Shown in pieces: positions 39,021 to 50,950 of a stretch of DNA of 64,000 nucleotides. Both the position numbers and the translations under genes were made by a program. The notes below the pieces were generated by a model. That model was not told the origin of the DNA and searched no databases. It worked only from the letters and a program-made list of their open reading frames with translations. Source of the stretch: Chiloscyllium plagiosum (Eukaryota); the NCBI RefSeq assembly GCF_004010195.1, contig NC_057754.1:11226859-11290858 (forward strand), in the 5' to 3' direction. The first letter of the stretch is position 1. Each line of letters starts with the position of its first letter.

Positions 39021-40639
39021 GCCCTTGTGTTTGTAGGGCCGGTGTAAATTTTTCTAAAACGTTTTGATAGTTCCCGCTTCAAACCCGATCTCTCCCTGGC
39101 TTAAGGTTATTTTTACGGCAATGCTCTGATTCTGCTGACACATTTTTGCACTTTCATGCAGTGCCCACTTTTGGCCTGTATTTCTGTTTATTTGTCTCAG
39201 AGGTCAGATTACCCTACCCTCCCTGCCTCATCTCTCTTGCTCTAAAAAGACATGCAATGTTGTGCAAAATTTCTACTTTTGAATAGAATATTTCTACTTT
39301 GTGGAAGTTAATTGATAACTGAGAATCCACGAGATGAAGTGGAAGAAAGGTAAGGCAAAATTGAAAAGTAAGAAAACAAAACACGATCCAGTCAATATGC
39401 AGCAAGAGCAAATTGAGAGAGGAAAGCAAACGTCAAGGAAGTACAAAACTGGTGATTGTCTTTCTCCCCTGCTGCTTCTCACAATACTGTGTCCTGTTCG
39501 CATGATGTTGGAAACACTGCCAATACAGGAGATTATTAGATGTTTCCTGTTTCTACCAATAACTTGCTGGGGATCATCCTTCTTGAACCAGTCAAGTTAC
39601 TGTGCTGAAAAAGCACCACAGAGCTTTTAGCTCAGGGGTTATAAGTGGCAAACGGGGCTGATAAAAGACTGGGAATATATTTACAAGTATGAATGCCAAC
39701 AAGGGGAAAGTGAATATGATGCACTCTGTTGGAACTCTCTGCGTTTCATTGTTATTTATATCATGAATTTCGAAGGAACTTGTCAAAAAAGTTGCTTTAT
39801 TGCTGCAGAGAAATGGGTGGGACCTGCGAATCATTCCCACGTTTGAGTCCTGCTTGGTACGACGTTAAGACGATTAATTCGGCGCATAGGTTCTTTATGC
39901 ATTTGCAGTGAATGGATGGGTTGCCAATAAAATAAATTCTTTCTGATCGGCACACCATTCAACACCTGTTATTCATGCCACTACTGACACATAGTCGTCT
40001 GTCATCTGCAAGATACATTGCAACTCATCAACAAAGTTACTTCAACTTTCACATTCTATGCCTGCAATCTTTGTCATCCAGGAGGATAGAGGGGTTATTT
40101 ACATGAGACTACTGCATTCTCCGAATTTTACCCCTTCTAGTCTCCCCAAAGCCACTTTACCATTCGTCGTATTTACAATTGCAATGTAACTTTTTAGTCC
40201 CGCAAACTCGGAAAAATACACGAGTGCTCTCACCTCATTAATCATTTGTAGATCGGAAAGACGACACATTCCACCCGTCACATGGATAACTAGAGACAAG
40301 GCAAATTGCGGCTATTAAACTAAGTCTTCAGTGCTTGGTAAACTTTAAAAAAACGGAACTGTAGTGGTATCTGAACCAACATGTTTAGCGTTTCTATTGG
40401 TAGGAGAGGCTATGACCCGAGGCCACAACCTTAGAATGAAGAGAAGACCTTTTAGAACAGAGGTAAGGGGAAACATCGTAAGTCGGAGAGTGGTGAATCA
40501 ATGCAATTCACTGAAATAGAAGGCCGTGGCGACCAAGGCATTGAGTATATTGTTGAGGCGAGTTTGGATGGAAGTAAGTAACAAGAAAGAAGAAGTAACT
40601 TTATTGTTTTCCAACCCCCCCAGCACCCCCCCCCCTCCC

Positions 40640-43600
40640 CCCACACTCCCAATAGCAGCAGAAAGATGGAAGAACTGATTGGACAGCAGATCTTGGAAAG
40701 GTGCAGATATAACAGAGTTGTTGTTACGGGTGATCTCAACATCCCCAATATTGATTGGGACCTCATTAGTGAAGATAGTTTGGATGGAACCGATTTTGTC
40801 AGGTGTGTCCAGGATGGATTCCTGACTCAATACGTAGGTAGTCCGCCTAGAGAGGAGGACATATTGGATTTGGTGCTCTGCAACAAACTAGGCCAGGTGT
40901 CAGAACTCTCATTGGGAGAGCATTTCGGTGAAAGTTACTACAGCTGTCTCACCTTTACCATAGCCATGGAGAGGGATAGGAAGATAGTATGGACAGATAT
41001 TTAATTGGGGAAAGAGAAATTATACTGTTATTAGATAGGAGCTGTAGAGCATCAATTGGGAACAATTGTTCTAAGGTAAATGCGCAACAGAAATGTGGAG
41101 GCTGTTTCAGAAGCACTGATTGCGAGTTTTGGATAACTGTCCCACTGAGAGAGGCAACATAGAACGTAAAACATTACAGCACAATAAGGCCCTTCTGCCC
41201 TCGGTGTTGTGCCAACCAGTGAAACCAATCTGAAGCCCATCTAACCTACGCTATTTGGTTTCCATCCATATGTGTGCCAAATGACCATTTAAGCACCCTT
41301 AAATCTGGGGAGTTTACTACTGTTGCAGGCAGATTGTTCCACGTCCCTACTACTCTGTGAGTAAAGCAACTAACTCTGACATCTGTCCTTTATCTATCAC
41401 CCCTCAAGTTAATGGTATGTCCCTTTGTGCTAGCAATCACTATCCGAGGGAAAGGGGCTTCACTTCCCACCCTATCTAACCATCTGATTATCTTATAAGT
41501 TTCAATTAAGTCACCTCTCAACCTTCTTCTGTTTAACAAAAACAGTCTCAAGTTCCTCAGCCTTTTTTCATATGTGTTTCCCTCCATTTCAGGCAACATC
41601 CTTGTAATATTCCTCTGAGCACTTTCCAAAGCTTCCACATCCTTCCTATAATGTGATAACTAGAACTGTGTGCAATGCTCCAAGTGTGGCCACACCAGCG
41701 TTTTCCGTCAAGTGGAAGGTGGAAGAATAATTATAGAAGCAAGGATCTGGCATAGCTTTAGAGGATTAGAGGGTAGCTAGGAAGGGACACAAAATTGCAC
41801 TGAGTACAGCGAGGTGAGGGGGGGGGGTCACAAAAAAGCCATAGCAGGAAGGGATCAGGGAAAACCCAAAGGCTTTTTACCCTTTTGTGAGGAATCAGAG
41901 AATGATCAGAGAGAGGATAGACTAATCAGGAATAGTGGAATGAACTTCAGCCTGGTGTCTAAAGAGATGGGGAGGCATTCAATGAGATTTTTGCTTCAGT
42001 ATTCACGGGAGAGAGGGACCTTGTTGATAGTGAGAATTACCGTGGGCCAGTTTAGTAGACTTGAGCACATTTATGTTAATAAAGTGAATGTGATGGAAAT
42101 TCTGGGAAGCAACAAAGATAGATAAATCCCTAGGGCTGGAGCAGATATATCCAAGATTACTACGGAAAGTGAAGAATGAGATTGCTGCGCCTCTGGCGAT
42201 GATCTTTGCATCCTCACTTTACGCAGGGGTTGTACTGCATGATTGGAGGGAGGCGAATGTTGTTACTGCATTCAAGAAAGGGAACACGTAAAACCCTGGT
42301 ATTTGCAGACCAGTCAGTTTTATGTATGTGGTAAGCGAGGTAATGAAAAGGATTCTGAGAGATGGAATTTATGACTATTTGGAAAAACATGGATTGATTG
42401 ATTTAAGATCATCGTGCGGGGCAGGTAATGATTGCAAGCTTTATTGAGTTCTTTGAGGATGTGACAAGACAAGTTGACTAAGCTTGAGCAGTGGTTATGG
42501 TGTATATGATTTTCAGTAAGTCATTTGATCAGGTTCCCCGTGGTATGCTCATTGACAAAATTAAGAGTAATGGGATAGAGGGAAATTTGACTGTGTTGAT
42601 ACAGAACTGGCTGGCCAAAGGAAGACAGTGTGTGGCAGTGGATGGAAAGTATTCCTCCTGGAGGTTGGTCACCAGTGGTTTACCGCAGGGATCTGTTCTT
42701 GGGCCTTTGCTGTTTGTAGTTTTTATAAATGACTTGGATAAAGAAGTGGAAGTGTGGATTTATAACTTTGCCAATGACGCAAAGATCGATGGTTTTCTTG
42801 ATAGTATTGAGTGGTGTTGCAGGCTATAACAAGACATTGACAGGATGCAGAGCTGGGCTGAGACGTGGTAGATGGAGTTTAACCTGGGTAAAGGTGATGA
42901 GATTCACTTTGGAAGCTCGATTTTGAATGCTGAATACAGAGTTAATTTCAGGATTCTTGGCAGTGTGGAGAAACAGCGGGATCTTGGAGTCCACGAACAT
43001 AGATCCCTGAAAGTGCCACCCAGGTTTGTAGGGTTGCTGAGAAGGAATATGGTGTTTTGGCTTTCATTAACAGGGGTATTGAGTTTAACAGCCACGAGGT
43101 TTTGCTGCAGCTTTATAAAACCCTGGTTAGATCACAATTGGAATATTTTGTCCAGTTATTTTCGCCTAATTATAGCAAGGATGTAAATGCTTTTTTTTTG
43201 GGGGGGGGGTGGGGGGTGGGAGTGGGGTGCAGTGGAGATTTACCAGGATGCTGCCTGGATTTGAGGGCTTGACTTATGAGGAGAGGTTGAGTGAGCTAGA
43301 GTGTTCACACTGGAGAGAAGAAGGAAGCGAGGCAACTTGATAGAGTTGTACAAGGTAATGATAGCCATAGATAGAGTAGGTAGCCAGAGACTTTTCCCCA
43401 AGGCAGAAATGGCTTTCAGGAGGGGCCTGATTTGAGGAAGGTATAGGTAAGATGTCAGCGGTACAATACTTACACAGTAAGTGGTGGCTGCGTGGAATGC
43501 ACTGCCAGTGATGGTAATAAAGCCAGAGACATTGGGGACAGTTAAGCGACTGTTGGACAAAGACATGGACGACAGTAAATTGAGCGGCGTGTGGGTTCCT

Positions 43601-43685
43601 TTGATCTTAGATTAAGATAAATGCTTGGCACATTATCGTGGGCCGAAGGGCCTATGCTGTGCTTTACTGTTCTATGTTCTGTACT
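40640..43685 (+). mobile_element. Decayed CR1 ORF2 (EN to 3' tail), interrupted by another CR1
   Basis: [40 protein letters not shown]; tail ttctatgttct. Confidence 0.88.
41157..41705 (-). mobile_element. CR1 3' end nested in opposite orientation
   Basis: ALESAQRNITRMLP..RRRLRGDLIETYKII; tail aacatagaac at the left end. Confidence 0.88.
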
Positions 43686-43849
43686 TAAGATGGAGATAGA
43701 TAATATCTTGTTTGAGGGAATCGAGGGTGGTGAGGAGAAAGCAGGCATCTCGGGTTGGGGAACTTATCAACTATGATTGAATGGCAGAGCAGACTCGATG
43801 GGCTGAATGGCCTCATTTCTGCTGTTACATCTTATGGTCCTATGTTCTA

Positions 43850-44480
43850 ATGACCAACCTAGCTAGTCGGTCGCAAACGCAGTCATACTGTCGACTGATC
43901 ATTCACTTGCTGAACGTGTGACAGTGGATTCAGTAAGGTTTCCAGCCTTTAGTTTCGCTGGTGGTTTACACCGATGAGAGACCTTTTAAACCCTCTGGCT
44001 GTGGGAACTGCTGGTAAACGTCAACAATTCTATTTTAAGACGAGTTTGCTCACACTGATGAGAGGCCGTTTAGCTGTTTTTATTATGAGAATAGATTAAG
44101 ACAACCATCTCATACCAGCCAACACGAGCAGGTTGACACTAGAGACCACAGATTCACCTGTACCTCCACACATATAATCTATTGCATCCTCTGTACCCGA
44201 TGTGGCCTCCAGCCAACACGAGCAGGTTGACACTAGAGACAGGCCAGTTATCCACTCTTTCCATGTGAACAGATTGACTTCTTCATGCAGTCTGGCACAA
44301 CATTGACGGATTTACATTGGGGTAAAATATATTCGCCTGCTTTGTGTGTGCTTTTTGTTTTTGCTCAGGCATCCAACCTGCTGAGACACAAACAGGTCCA
44401 CACTAAGGAGAGTTAACTTAGCTACTCTGTGAGTGTGAAAAGTTTTACCATACTTGCTGACTCACATGTGGGTTCGCAGT
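43850..44480 (+). pseudogene. Decayed tandem C2H2 zinc-finger array
   Basis: Recurrent linker and finger remnants: SFTC*TCDSGF, YTDERPFKPSGCG, HTDERPFSC, ACFVC..FAQASNLLRHKQVHT. Many stops, lost Cys/His residues and frameshifts. Confidence 0.75.
44147..44208 (+). mobile_element. 62-bp internal Penelope fragment flanked by a perfect 32-bp duplication
   Basis: Insert matches about 56035-56097 (HRFTCTSTHIIYCI.CTRCGL). Repeat ccagccaacacgagcaggttgacactagagac at 44115-44146 and 44209-44240. Confidence 0.85.
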
Positions 44481-44490
44481 TATTTGTCAG

Positions 44491-44791
44491 GGTTAGATTA
44501 GATTACTAACAGCGTGGAAACAGGCCCTTCGGCCGAACAAGTCCACACTGACCCGCCGAAGCGTAACCCACCCAGACCCATTTCCCTACATTTACCCCTT
44601 CACCTAACGCTACGGGTAATTTAGCATGGCCAATTCACCTAACCTGCACATTTTTGGATTGTGGGAGGAAACCTCATCACCCGGAGGAAATCCACACAGA
44701 CACGGGGAGAATGTGCAAACTCCACACAGAGAGTCGCCTGAGGCGGGAATTGAACCCGGGTCTCTGACATTGTGAGGCAGCAGTGCTAATC
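44491..44791 (-). mobile_element. HE1-type SINE
   Basis: Reverse complement of 52677-52990; (ttaga)n tail. Confidence 0.9.
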
Positions 44792-44875
44792 AGGTTGGAT
44801 CCTGCTGCTAATGTTCAATTTGTTCATTCAGTCCAAAACGATTGGCCCTTAATCCTGAGATCAGCAGCAGGTCTT

Positions 44876-45655
44876 TGGGCCGGGTTAAGTCATGCTCACA
44901 GGCTTTATTGAGTTCTTTGTGGATGTAATAAAACAAGTTGATGAAGGTCAAGCAGCTGTGGTGTATGTGGATTTCAGTAAGTCATTTGATAAGGTTCCCC
45001 GCAGTAGGCTCATTCAGAAAGTTAGGAGGTATGGAATGGAAGGAAATTTGGCTGTCTGAATGCAGAATTGGCTGTCAGAAAGAAGACAGTCTGTGGTAGC
45101 GGATGGAAAGAATTCTGCCTGGAGGTCAGCGACCAGTGTTTTCCCGCAGGGATCTTGGCCTCTGTTCTTTTTAGTTCTTTTAAATGACTTGGATGAAGAA
45201 ATGGAAGGGTGGGTTTGCAACTTTGCCGATGACAAAATTGTTGGTAATTTCCTAGATAGTGTCGGGGGCTGTTGCAGGCTACAAGAAAACATTGACAGGA
45301 TGCAGAGCTGGGCTGAGAAGAGGCAGATGGAGTTTAACCTGGATAAATGTGATGTGATTCATTTTGAAAGGTCGAATTTGAATGCTGAATACAGAGTTAA
45401 AGTCAGTATACTTGGCAGTGTGGATAAACAGTGGGATCTTGGAGCCCACATATATAGATCGGTGAAAGTGCCTCCCCAGTTGGTAGGGTTGTTAAGAATG
45501 CATATGGTATTTTGGCTTTCATTAACAGGGGTATTGAGTTTAACAGCCACGAGGTTTTGGTGCAGCTCTATAACACCCAGGTGAGACCGCAACTGGAATA
45601 TTGTGTCCAGTTCTGGTCGCCTAATCATAGGAAGGATGGAAATGCTTTAAGGAGG
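44876..45655 (+). mobile_element. CR1 RT fragment
   Basis: VYVDFSKSFDKVP, LNDLD..NFADDK, WAEKRQMEFNLDKC, VRPQLEYCVQFWSP. Confidence 0.88.
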
Positions 45656-46224
45656 GCTATGCTTCATTATGTGCAACACAGTGCCAACCATTCAGATCTA
45701 GCCATCCCCAAAACCGTCAGTAATCACCAATTCCCTCAGACTCAGCTATGACAAATGGGCATACCATTCTTCTATGTATTGACAGACGAGATCGTAATTT
45801 GTCAATCTCCCCCTGGCACTTTGAGTGATCAGTCACAGAGGATTTATTTTGCCTGCCTACTTGATCCAAATTTTAGCAGCAGCCTGAAAAATCCATGCAA
45901 TTTTCATTCAGGCACTTTCACGGATACTATCCTAGAATGTTTTCCCATCCTTGGCAATCTGCAATTCTTTACTCTTAAATGGTTAGGTATCTTCTAAGGA
46001 ATGCGAGACATAACCAGTTTCTCTTTACAAATTCAGCTCTTTGTTTTTCACATTCAGAAAACACTGGATTTATTTCTAATATCTGATAGATTCACCTCTA
46101 TATAAAAGGCTGGTGAATTTGAATTCAGAGCAATATAAAGTTACTTCTTATCAAGGCGAACCAGATGCGCAAGGGGACACTAGACTTCGAGTACAGTGTT
46201 TTAATTGTGGTCGATAGGGTCACA

Positions 46225-46431
46225 TCAATCAGGATGGTATAACACTTGATCAGTATTGACAGGGAAATATATAAGGACGGGGAATACAACCAGCAAAAGA
46301 ACAAGGGCAAGAATGACAGCCAGGATAAAGAGCTTTGCGACAGGAGGGAAGAATGCAGCAGAGTCCAGTAAGGGAAGTGGAGGAGACGGTTTATTTTTAT
46401 CCACTGTTACTAGATGCAAATCTGAGGGCAT
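46225..46431 (-). CDS. Candidate 68-aa single-pass membrane protein, unrecognised
   Basis: gccatcATG context, about 23-aa hydrophobic stretch LFILAVILALVLLLVVFPVLIYF, AATAAA on minus at 46074-46069, non-repeat context. No homology evidence. Confidence 0.25.
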   Translation of the reverse strand: MPSDLHLVTVDKNKPSPPLPLLDSAAFFPPVAKLFILAVILALVLLLVVFPVLIYFPVNTDQVLYHPD

Positions 46432-46574
46432 GATGGCGCCAGGCCCCGTGTGCCTGTGTGTGTCTGTGTTTAATGCAAGTGTGGGAAGACGTTCAGTAGA
46501 AACCTAGAGACGAGGCCACTCCATCGAATACTTAAGTGATACGCGGGTTCCCACATTGACCTCAGCAGGTAGAC

Positions 46575-47183
46575 ATGGGAGGGAATGGCCTAGTGGTATT
46601 AGCACTGACCTGTTAATGTATAGATCCAGATATGTTAGATTGGTTTCGATTCCCTACAGTGTGGAAACAGGCTCTTCAGCCCAACAAGTCCACACCTCTG
46701 AAGGCTAACGCACCCAGACTCACTTTCCCTAGATTTCCCCTAACAACTGCACCTAATACTATGGGCAATTTAGCATGGCGAATGCACCTGACCTGCACAT
46801 CATTTGGAATAAGGAAGGAAACCAAGCACACGGAGGAGACCCACGCAGATGCGGGGAGAATGTGCAAATGCCACACAGACAGTCGCCAGAGGCGGGATGT
46901 TTTGGGGACGTAGGTTCGAATCCCACCATGGCAAATGTTGAAATTTGAATCCAAAAAGTATCAGTTTTGATAACTATGTATCGATTGTCAGAATTAAAGA
47001 AACATCTGGTTTATTAATGTCTTTTCGGTAAGAAAGCGGCCATCCTTATATGGTCTGGCCTACACATGAATCCAGATCCACAGCAGTGTGGGTGACTCTT
47101 AACTGCCCTCTGGGCAACTAAGGATGGACAATAATTGTTGGCCGAGCGAGTGACGCCCTCATCCCGTGAATGACTTAAAGAAA
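46575..47183 (+). mobile_element. SacSINE1/DeuSINE-type tRNA SINE, interrupted by an HE1 SINE
   Basis: A box tggcctagtgg, B box ggttcgaatccc (about 46913-46924), core tggtctggcctaca..tccaga..cacagca, LINE-derived tail ...catcccgtgaatga. Confidence 0.7.
46634..46897 (-). mobile_element. HE1-type SINE (5'-truncated) between the A and B boxes of the older SINE
   Basis: Reverse-complement match to 52740-52990. Confidence 0.85.
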
Positions 47184-47532
47184 AGCATTCGATTGTCTCG
47201 GTGAAAGAAAGGGAAAGTTATTTTGAGTGACTTTGTTGGACATTTGCAAGTAGGATTCGAAACGGACCAAAATGAGAGGATGTTGAAAGCAGTGGTGAAC
47301 CGGATGAGCATTAAATTTTGGCAACATCTAATTCCAAGAGATCATTTGTTCCAAAGTAAATGAGGAAGGGCTCGTTAAGTCTGTAAGATCTAGATGTAGA
47401 TCCGACATCCTAAACAGAGAGATGCCACGAATCAGCGATTGTATATTTTGTTGATGGGTCCTCTATGGTGGAGAATAGCATGAAAAAGTCAAAATGACGA
47501 ATGTATGCAGAGGATGACCAAGGTACAGCTCT

Positions 47533-47832
47533 TATAGAGTCATAGAGATGTACAACATGGAAACAGACTCTTCGGTCCAACTTGTCCATGTCGACCAGAT
47601 ATCCTAAATTAATGTAGTCCCATTTCCCAACACTTGGCCCATATGCCTTTTAAATGTTGCAATTGTACCAGCATCCACCACTTCCTCTGGTAGCTCAATC
47701 CATACATGCACCATGCTCTGTATGAAAACGTTGCCACTTAGGACCCTTTTACATGTTTCTCGCTCACCCTAAATCTATGCCCTCTAATTCTGGACTCCCC
47801 CACTCCAGGGAAAAGGCTTTGTTTATTTATCT
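47533..47832 (-). mobile_element. CR1 3' end fragment
   Basis: atagagtcatagag tail; collinear with 23517-23850. Confidence 0.85.
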
Positions 47833-49124
47833 TGTTGAGTTTGCACTAAATTATCGAGTGGGATGAGTATCCACCCAGCCGACTTGACCAATTCGTCAGT
47901 CGCCTTGGTAATTAACCAACACAGAAAGATGCATTCTGATAGTATGCATGTCTGCAATTGTTTTACTGACTTCCTGCCATTGTGGGAACCGAGAGGTTTC
48001 ATTTCAAAACGTGGAAAACCGCTACTGTCTACGCCTTTGTGGAAAAATATTTTTCTAACTGTCAGAGGATGGGAGTATGGGATTATTATTGTTAAGCTTT
48101 AATCCAAACATAATGCCCATGTCCCAGACTGAATTTTTAAAAAAGTCAATGTCACCCACTTTAGAAAGCAGAATTCCTGATACTTAACGTATGTATTGTG
48201 TATACAGTTGTCTGAATAAGCAGAAATCAAAGTAGTTGTGGAGAGACTGAAAACCAGGGAGACCGAGTCTAGATGAGCTCTATTTACCGGCAAATAGATT
48301 GGTCTATGGATTAGTGTCCATTCATCGATGAAAATGACGATTTGCCTGTGAACGATCATCTGATGGTTTTCAGGTAACTAAGCAGCTTGGGGCTGGGAAC
48401 AAAATAAAGTGAGAAGTGTTTCATCGCCTCTGAAACAGAAGTCGTCTCTCTGTTCTCCACAGTTAAAACTTAAAATCTGAAGAAAATGAACTAATTTTTT
48501 CTTCATCCCTTTCTCTAACCTGTGAGTTCTAATTGCTATGTCAAAGGCATTTTACAAGTGACACAGCCGCCATGTGCCACTTGCAAACCAATAGAATCAT
48601 CTGGAGAAGGACGACTGAAAAGAAAAATCTGACCAGCACGAGCAACAGAGACATTTTCTGAAAAGCACAGGAATAGGAACTGCCTCTCCGTTTCTCTCAC
48701 CTATAACATATTGTCCCTGTCTCTTTGACTGCCTGTCTATGCGTATGTAAGAGGGGATTTATAAGGGCATTAGAGTTTTAATTTATAGTATTATATGCCG
48801 TTAGTTTATTACTGCTAACCCCTATTTTGATTCTTATTACTTTGAATAAATAGTGATTCTTGTTCAGTACAGAAGCCCAGTCAATGATTTATATCAACTA
48901 GGGTCTTGAAGTCAGGGGAACGTTTGAGAAATACTCGACCTTTGTGAAAACTTGGGGGAAATAGCAGATCTTGATGTGGGGACCGGGAGAAGTAGCAAGA
49001 CTAAACTGGGGGAGACCTCCCAGACAGTTCTTCAGGTAGTGGGAGAGATCCTTCTAGAAAGACCAACAGCCCAGTGGAAGACATCCTTCCAGACAGACCT
49101 TCAGCTCAGTTTGAGGGATGCTCC

Positions 49125-49330
49125 TCTGCATTTTCCTCTCTAGCTCTGACAACTTTTCTCTTTTTCTCTCTGTTGCCACTTCTTTCTGCTTTTTCTCTCT
49201 TCTTTCTCTTCTGTTTCTCTCTTTCTCTACTTCTTTGTCTCTCTCTGTCACCTTCCAATACATCCATCTTTTATTACTTTTCCTCTCTCTCCTTACTTCT
49301 CCCACTTTTATTCCATGGCAATTTACTCTC
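49125..49330. repeat. CT-rich low-complexity tract
   Basis: Pyrimidine-dominated sequence. Confidence 0.85.
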
Positions 49331-49409
49331 TCCTAGAATACTCCACCAAAAATATTTAAAAATCACAATGTAAATTTACTCTGAATCTTCTTGCCTCCAC
49401 CTTGTGCTG

Positions 49410-49775
49410 ACCCTGTCCTAGGTGTGATGATGTGGGCAGTGTAGAGTGAGCTTTAGCCCGAATCTAGCCCCGTGCTGTCGTAGTATTGTTTGAGAGGGTA
49501 AGTTGTAATGGGAATTTTCCTCTGTAACCCATCCCTGTTGCCACTGTCTGTGAGCACTAAACAGGGTAGAGTGTAGAGACAGTTTTACTCCGTATCTAAC
49601 CCCGTGCTGTTCCTGTCCAGAAATACTTGATGGGAACATTGTAGAGACAGCTTTACTTTGTATATAACTGTGTAGTATCCCTGTTCTGACAATATTTAAT
49701 GGGGTAGAGCGTAGAGAGAGTTTTACTCTGTCTCTAGTCATGCGTTGTCCTTGTGTGGGAGTGTTTGATGCAGTA
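49410..49775 (+). repeat. Diverged tandem array, about 5 units of ~65-69 bp
   Basis: Recurring gtgtagag..agctttactctgtatctaacc.cgtgctgt.cctgt...gtgtttgatggg motif. Confidence 0.8.
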
Positions 49776-49779
49776 CATC

Positions 49780-50280
49780 TTCGCCTCAATTCCACTTTCC
49801 TGGCTGCTTGCCATAACCGTTCAAGCATTTACTGATTCAAAATCCATCTCCTTCTGAAATGCACTCACTTTACTCCCGACATCCATTGCACACTGCGGTA
49901 AAGAATTCCACAAACTCACTTCCCTCAAAACCAGAAATTTCTCCTCATCGCTGTCTTCAACAAGAGGCCCCTTATTCTGAGATTGTACCTTCTGGTCCGA
50001 GACTCTCCCGCAAGAGGAAATAATCTCTTTCCGTTTAGCCTTTCAAGTCATCCTCAGAATCGTTACGTGTTTCAATAAATTCGCATCTTATTCTTCTAAA
50101 ATCCAATGACCACATGCCAAGTACACTGAACTCCTCATTAGACAATCCCTCTATACCTGGTATCAGCTGAATGAACCGTCCATAGACTGCCTGTAATGCC
50201 AGTCAATCGTTCCTTGCATAAAGGGCCCAAAAACTGTTCACCATACTCCAGCTGTGGTCTGCCTAATGCCTTTTACAATT
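49780..50280 (-). mobile_element. Old CR1-type 3' fragment
   Basis: aaagaattccaca, aaatttctcctcatc, ttattcttctaaa, aaactgttcaccatactcca. Confidence 0.65.
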
Positions 50281-50950
50281 TCAGTGTCTTTGAGTTGCCT
50301 GAAACGAAGATGACAATGCTTCTGCATTGTGAGTTCAGGAATAGTTGTACGATGTACTGGGGCCCCCTAATGAGATATCGGACTGTCGTTAAAACTTGGA
50401 TACACTTTACAGAATTATTCCTCATCAATATGGAGCACAATACGCTTCCTTCCAAATAATAGTATTTTGAATTAAGGATACTCGTATAGAGTGCAATGAG
50501 ATAGATTCATGTAGAGGACTGAAAAGGCCTTTCAGCCCATTGAATCTGTTAGCGCCAAAAGCTGTTCTAAACTCCATCTGTCCCACTTTCAAGTACGTGA
50601 CCCGTAGCCCTGAAGCTGACTACGTTTCAAGTGCACATCCAAGTTATTTCTTTTAAAGGATCTGAAGTAATTGGTAGGAATGTGTACCTGAAGCTGTGGT
50701 GCATGTTCACCAGCTGGGACCAGACTGCGATGCTGTGTCCTCTCCAGATTGCACCATATGTACGGATTGCTATTTGTGTTACTTCCTACCCATCTGGTCC
50801 CCTTGGGGAATATGTAAAAGGACTTAATGGGAAAAGAAACACAATTAAGGAGTTATTTTTGCATTTATCGCAACCCATCCAGCATAAACACTGATAAACA
50901 TCGGGTACTTTAGTACAATGACGTAAAGGCATCTGAGAAAGGAAACTAAC

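Noticed and set aside
39214..39503. Hydrophobic minus-strand ORFs resembling a membrane anchor
   Set aside because: Explained by A-rich plus-strand composition; no recognisable family or convincing exon structure.
47835..49030. Possible LTR or other repeat (TATA-like motif near 48760, AATAAA near 48845)
   Set aside because: No TSD, termini or second copy could be established from this window.
49054..49373. Charged and hydrophobic ORFs on both strands
   Set aside because: Translation of a CT-rich low-complexity tract.
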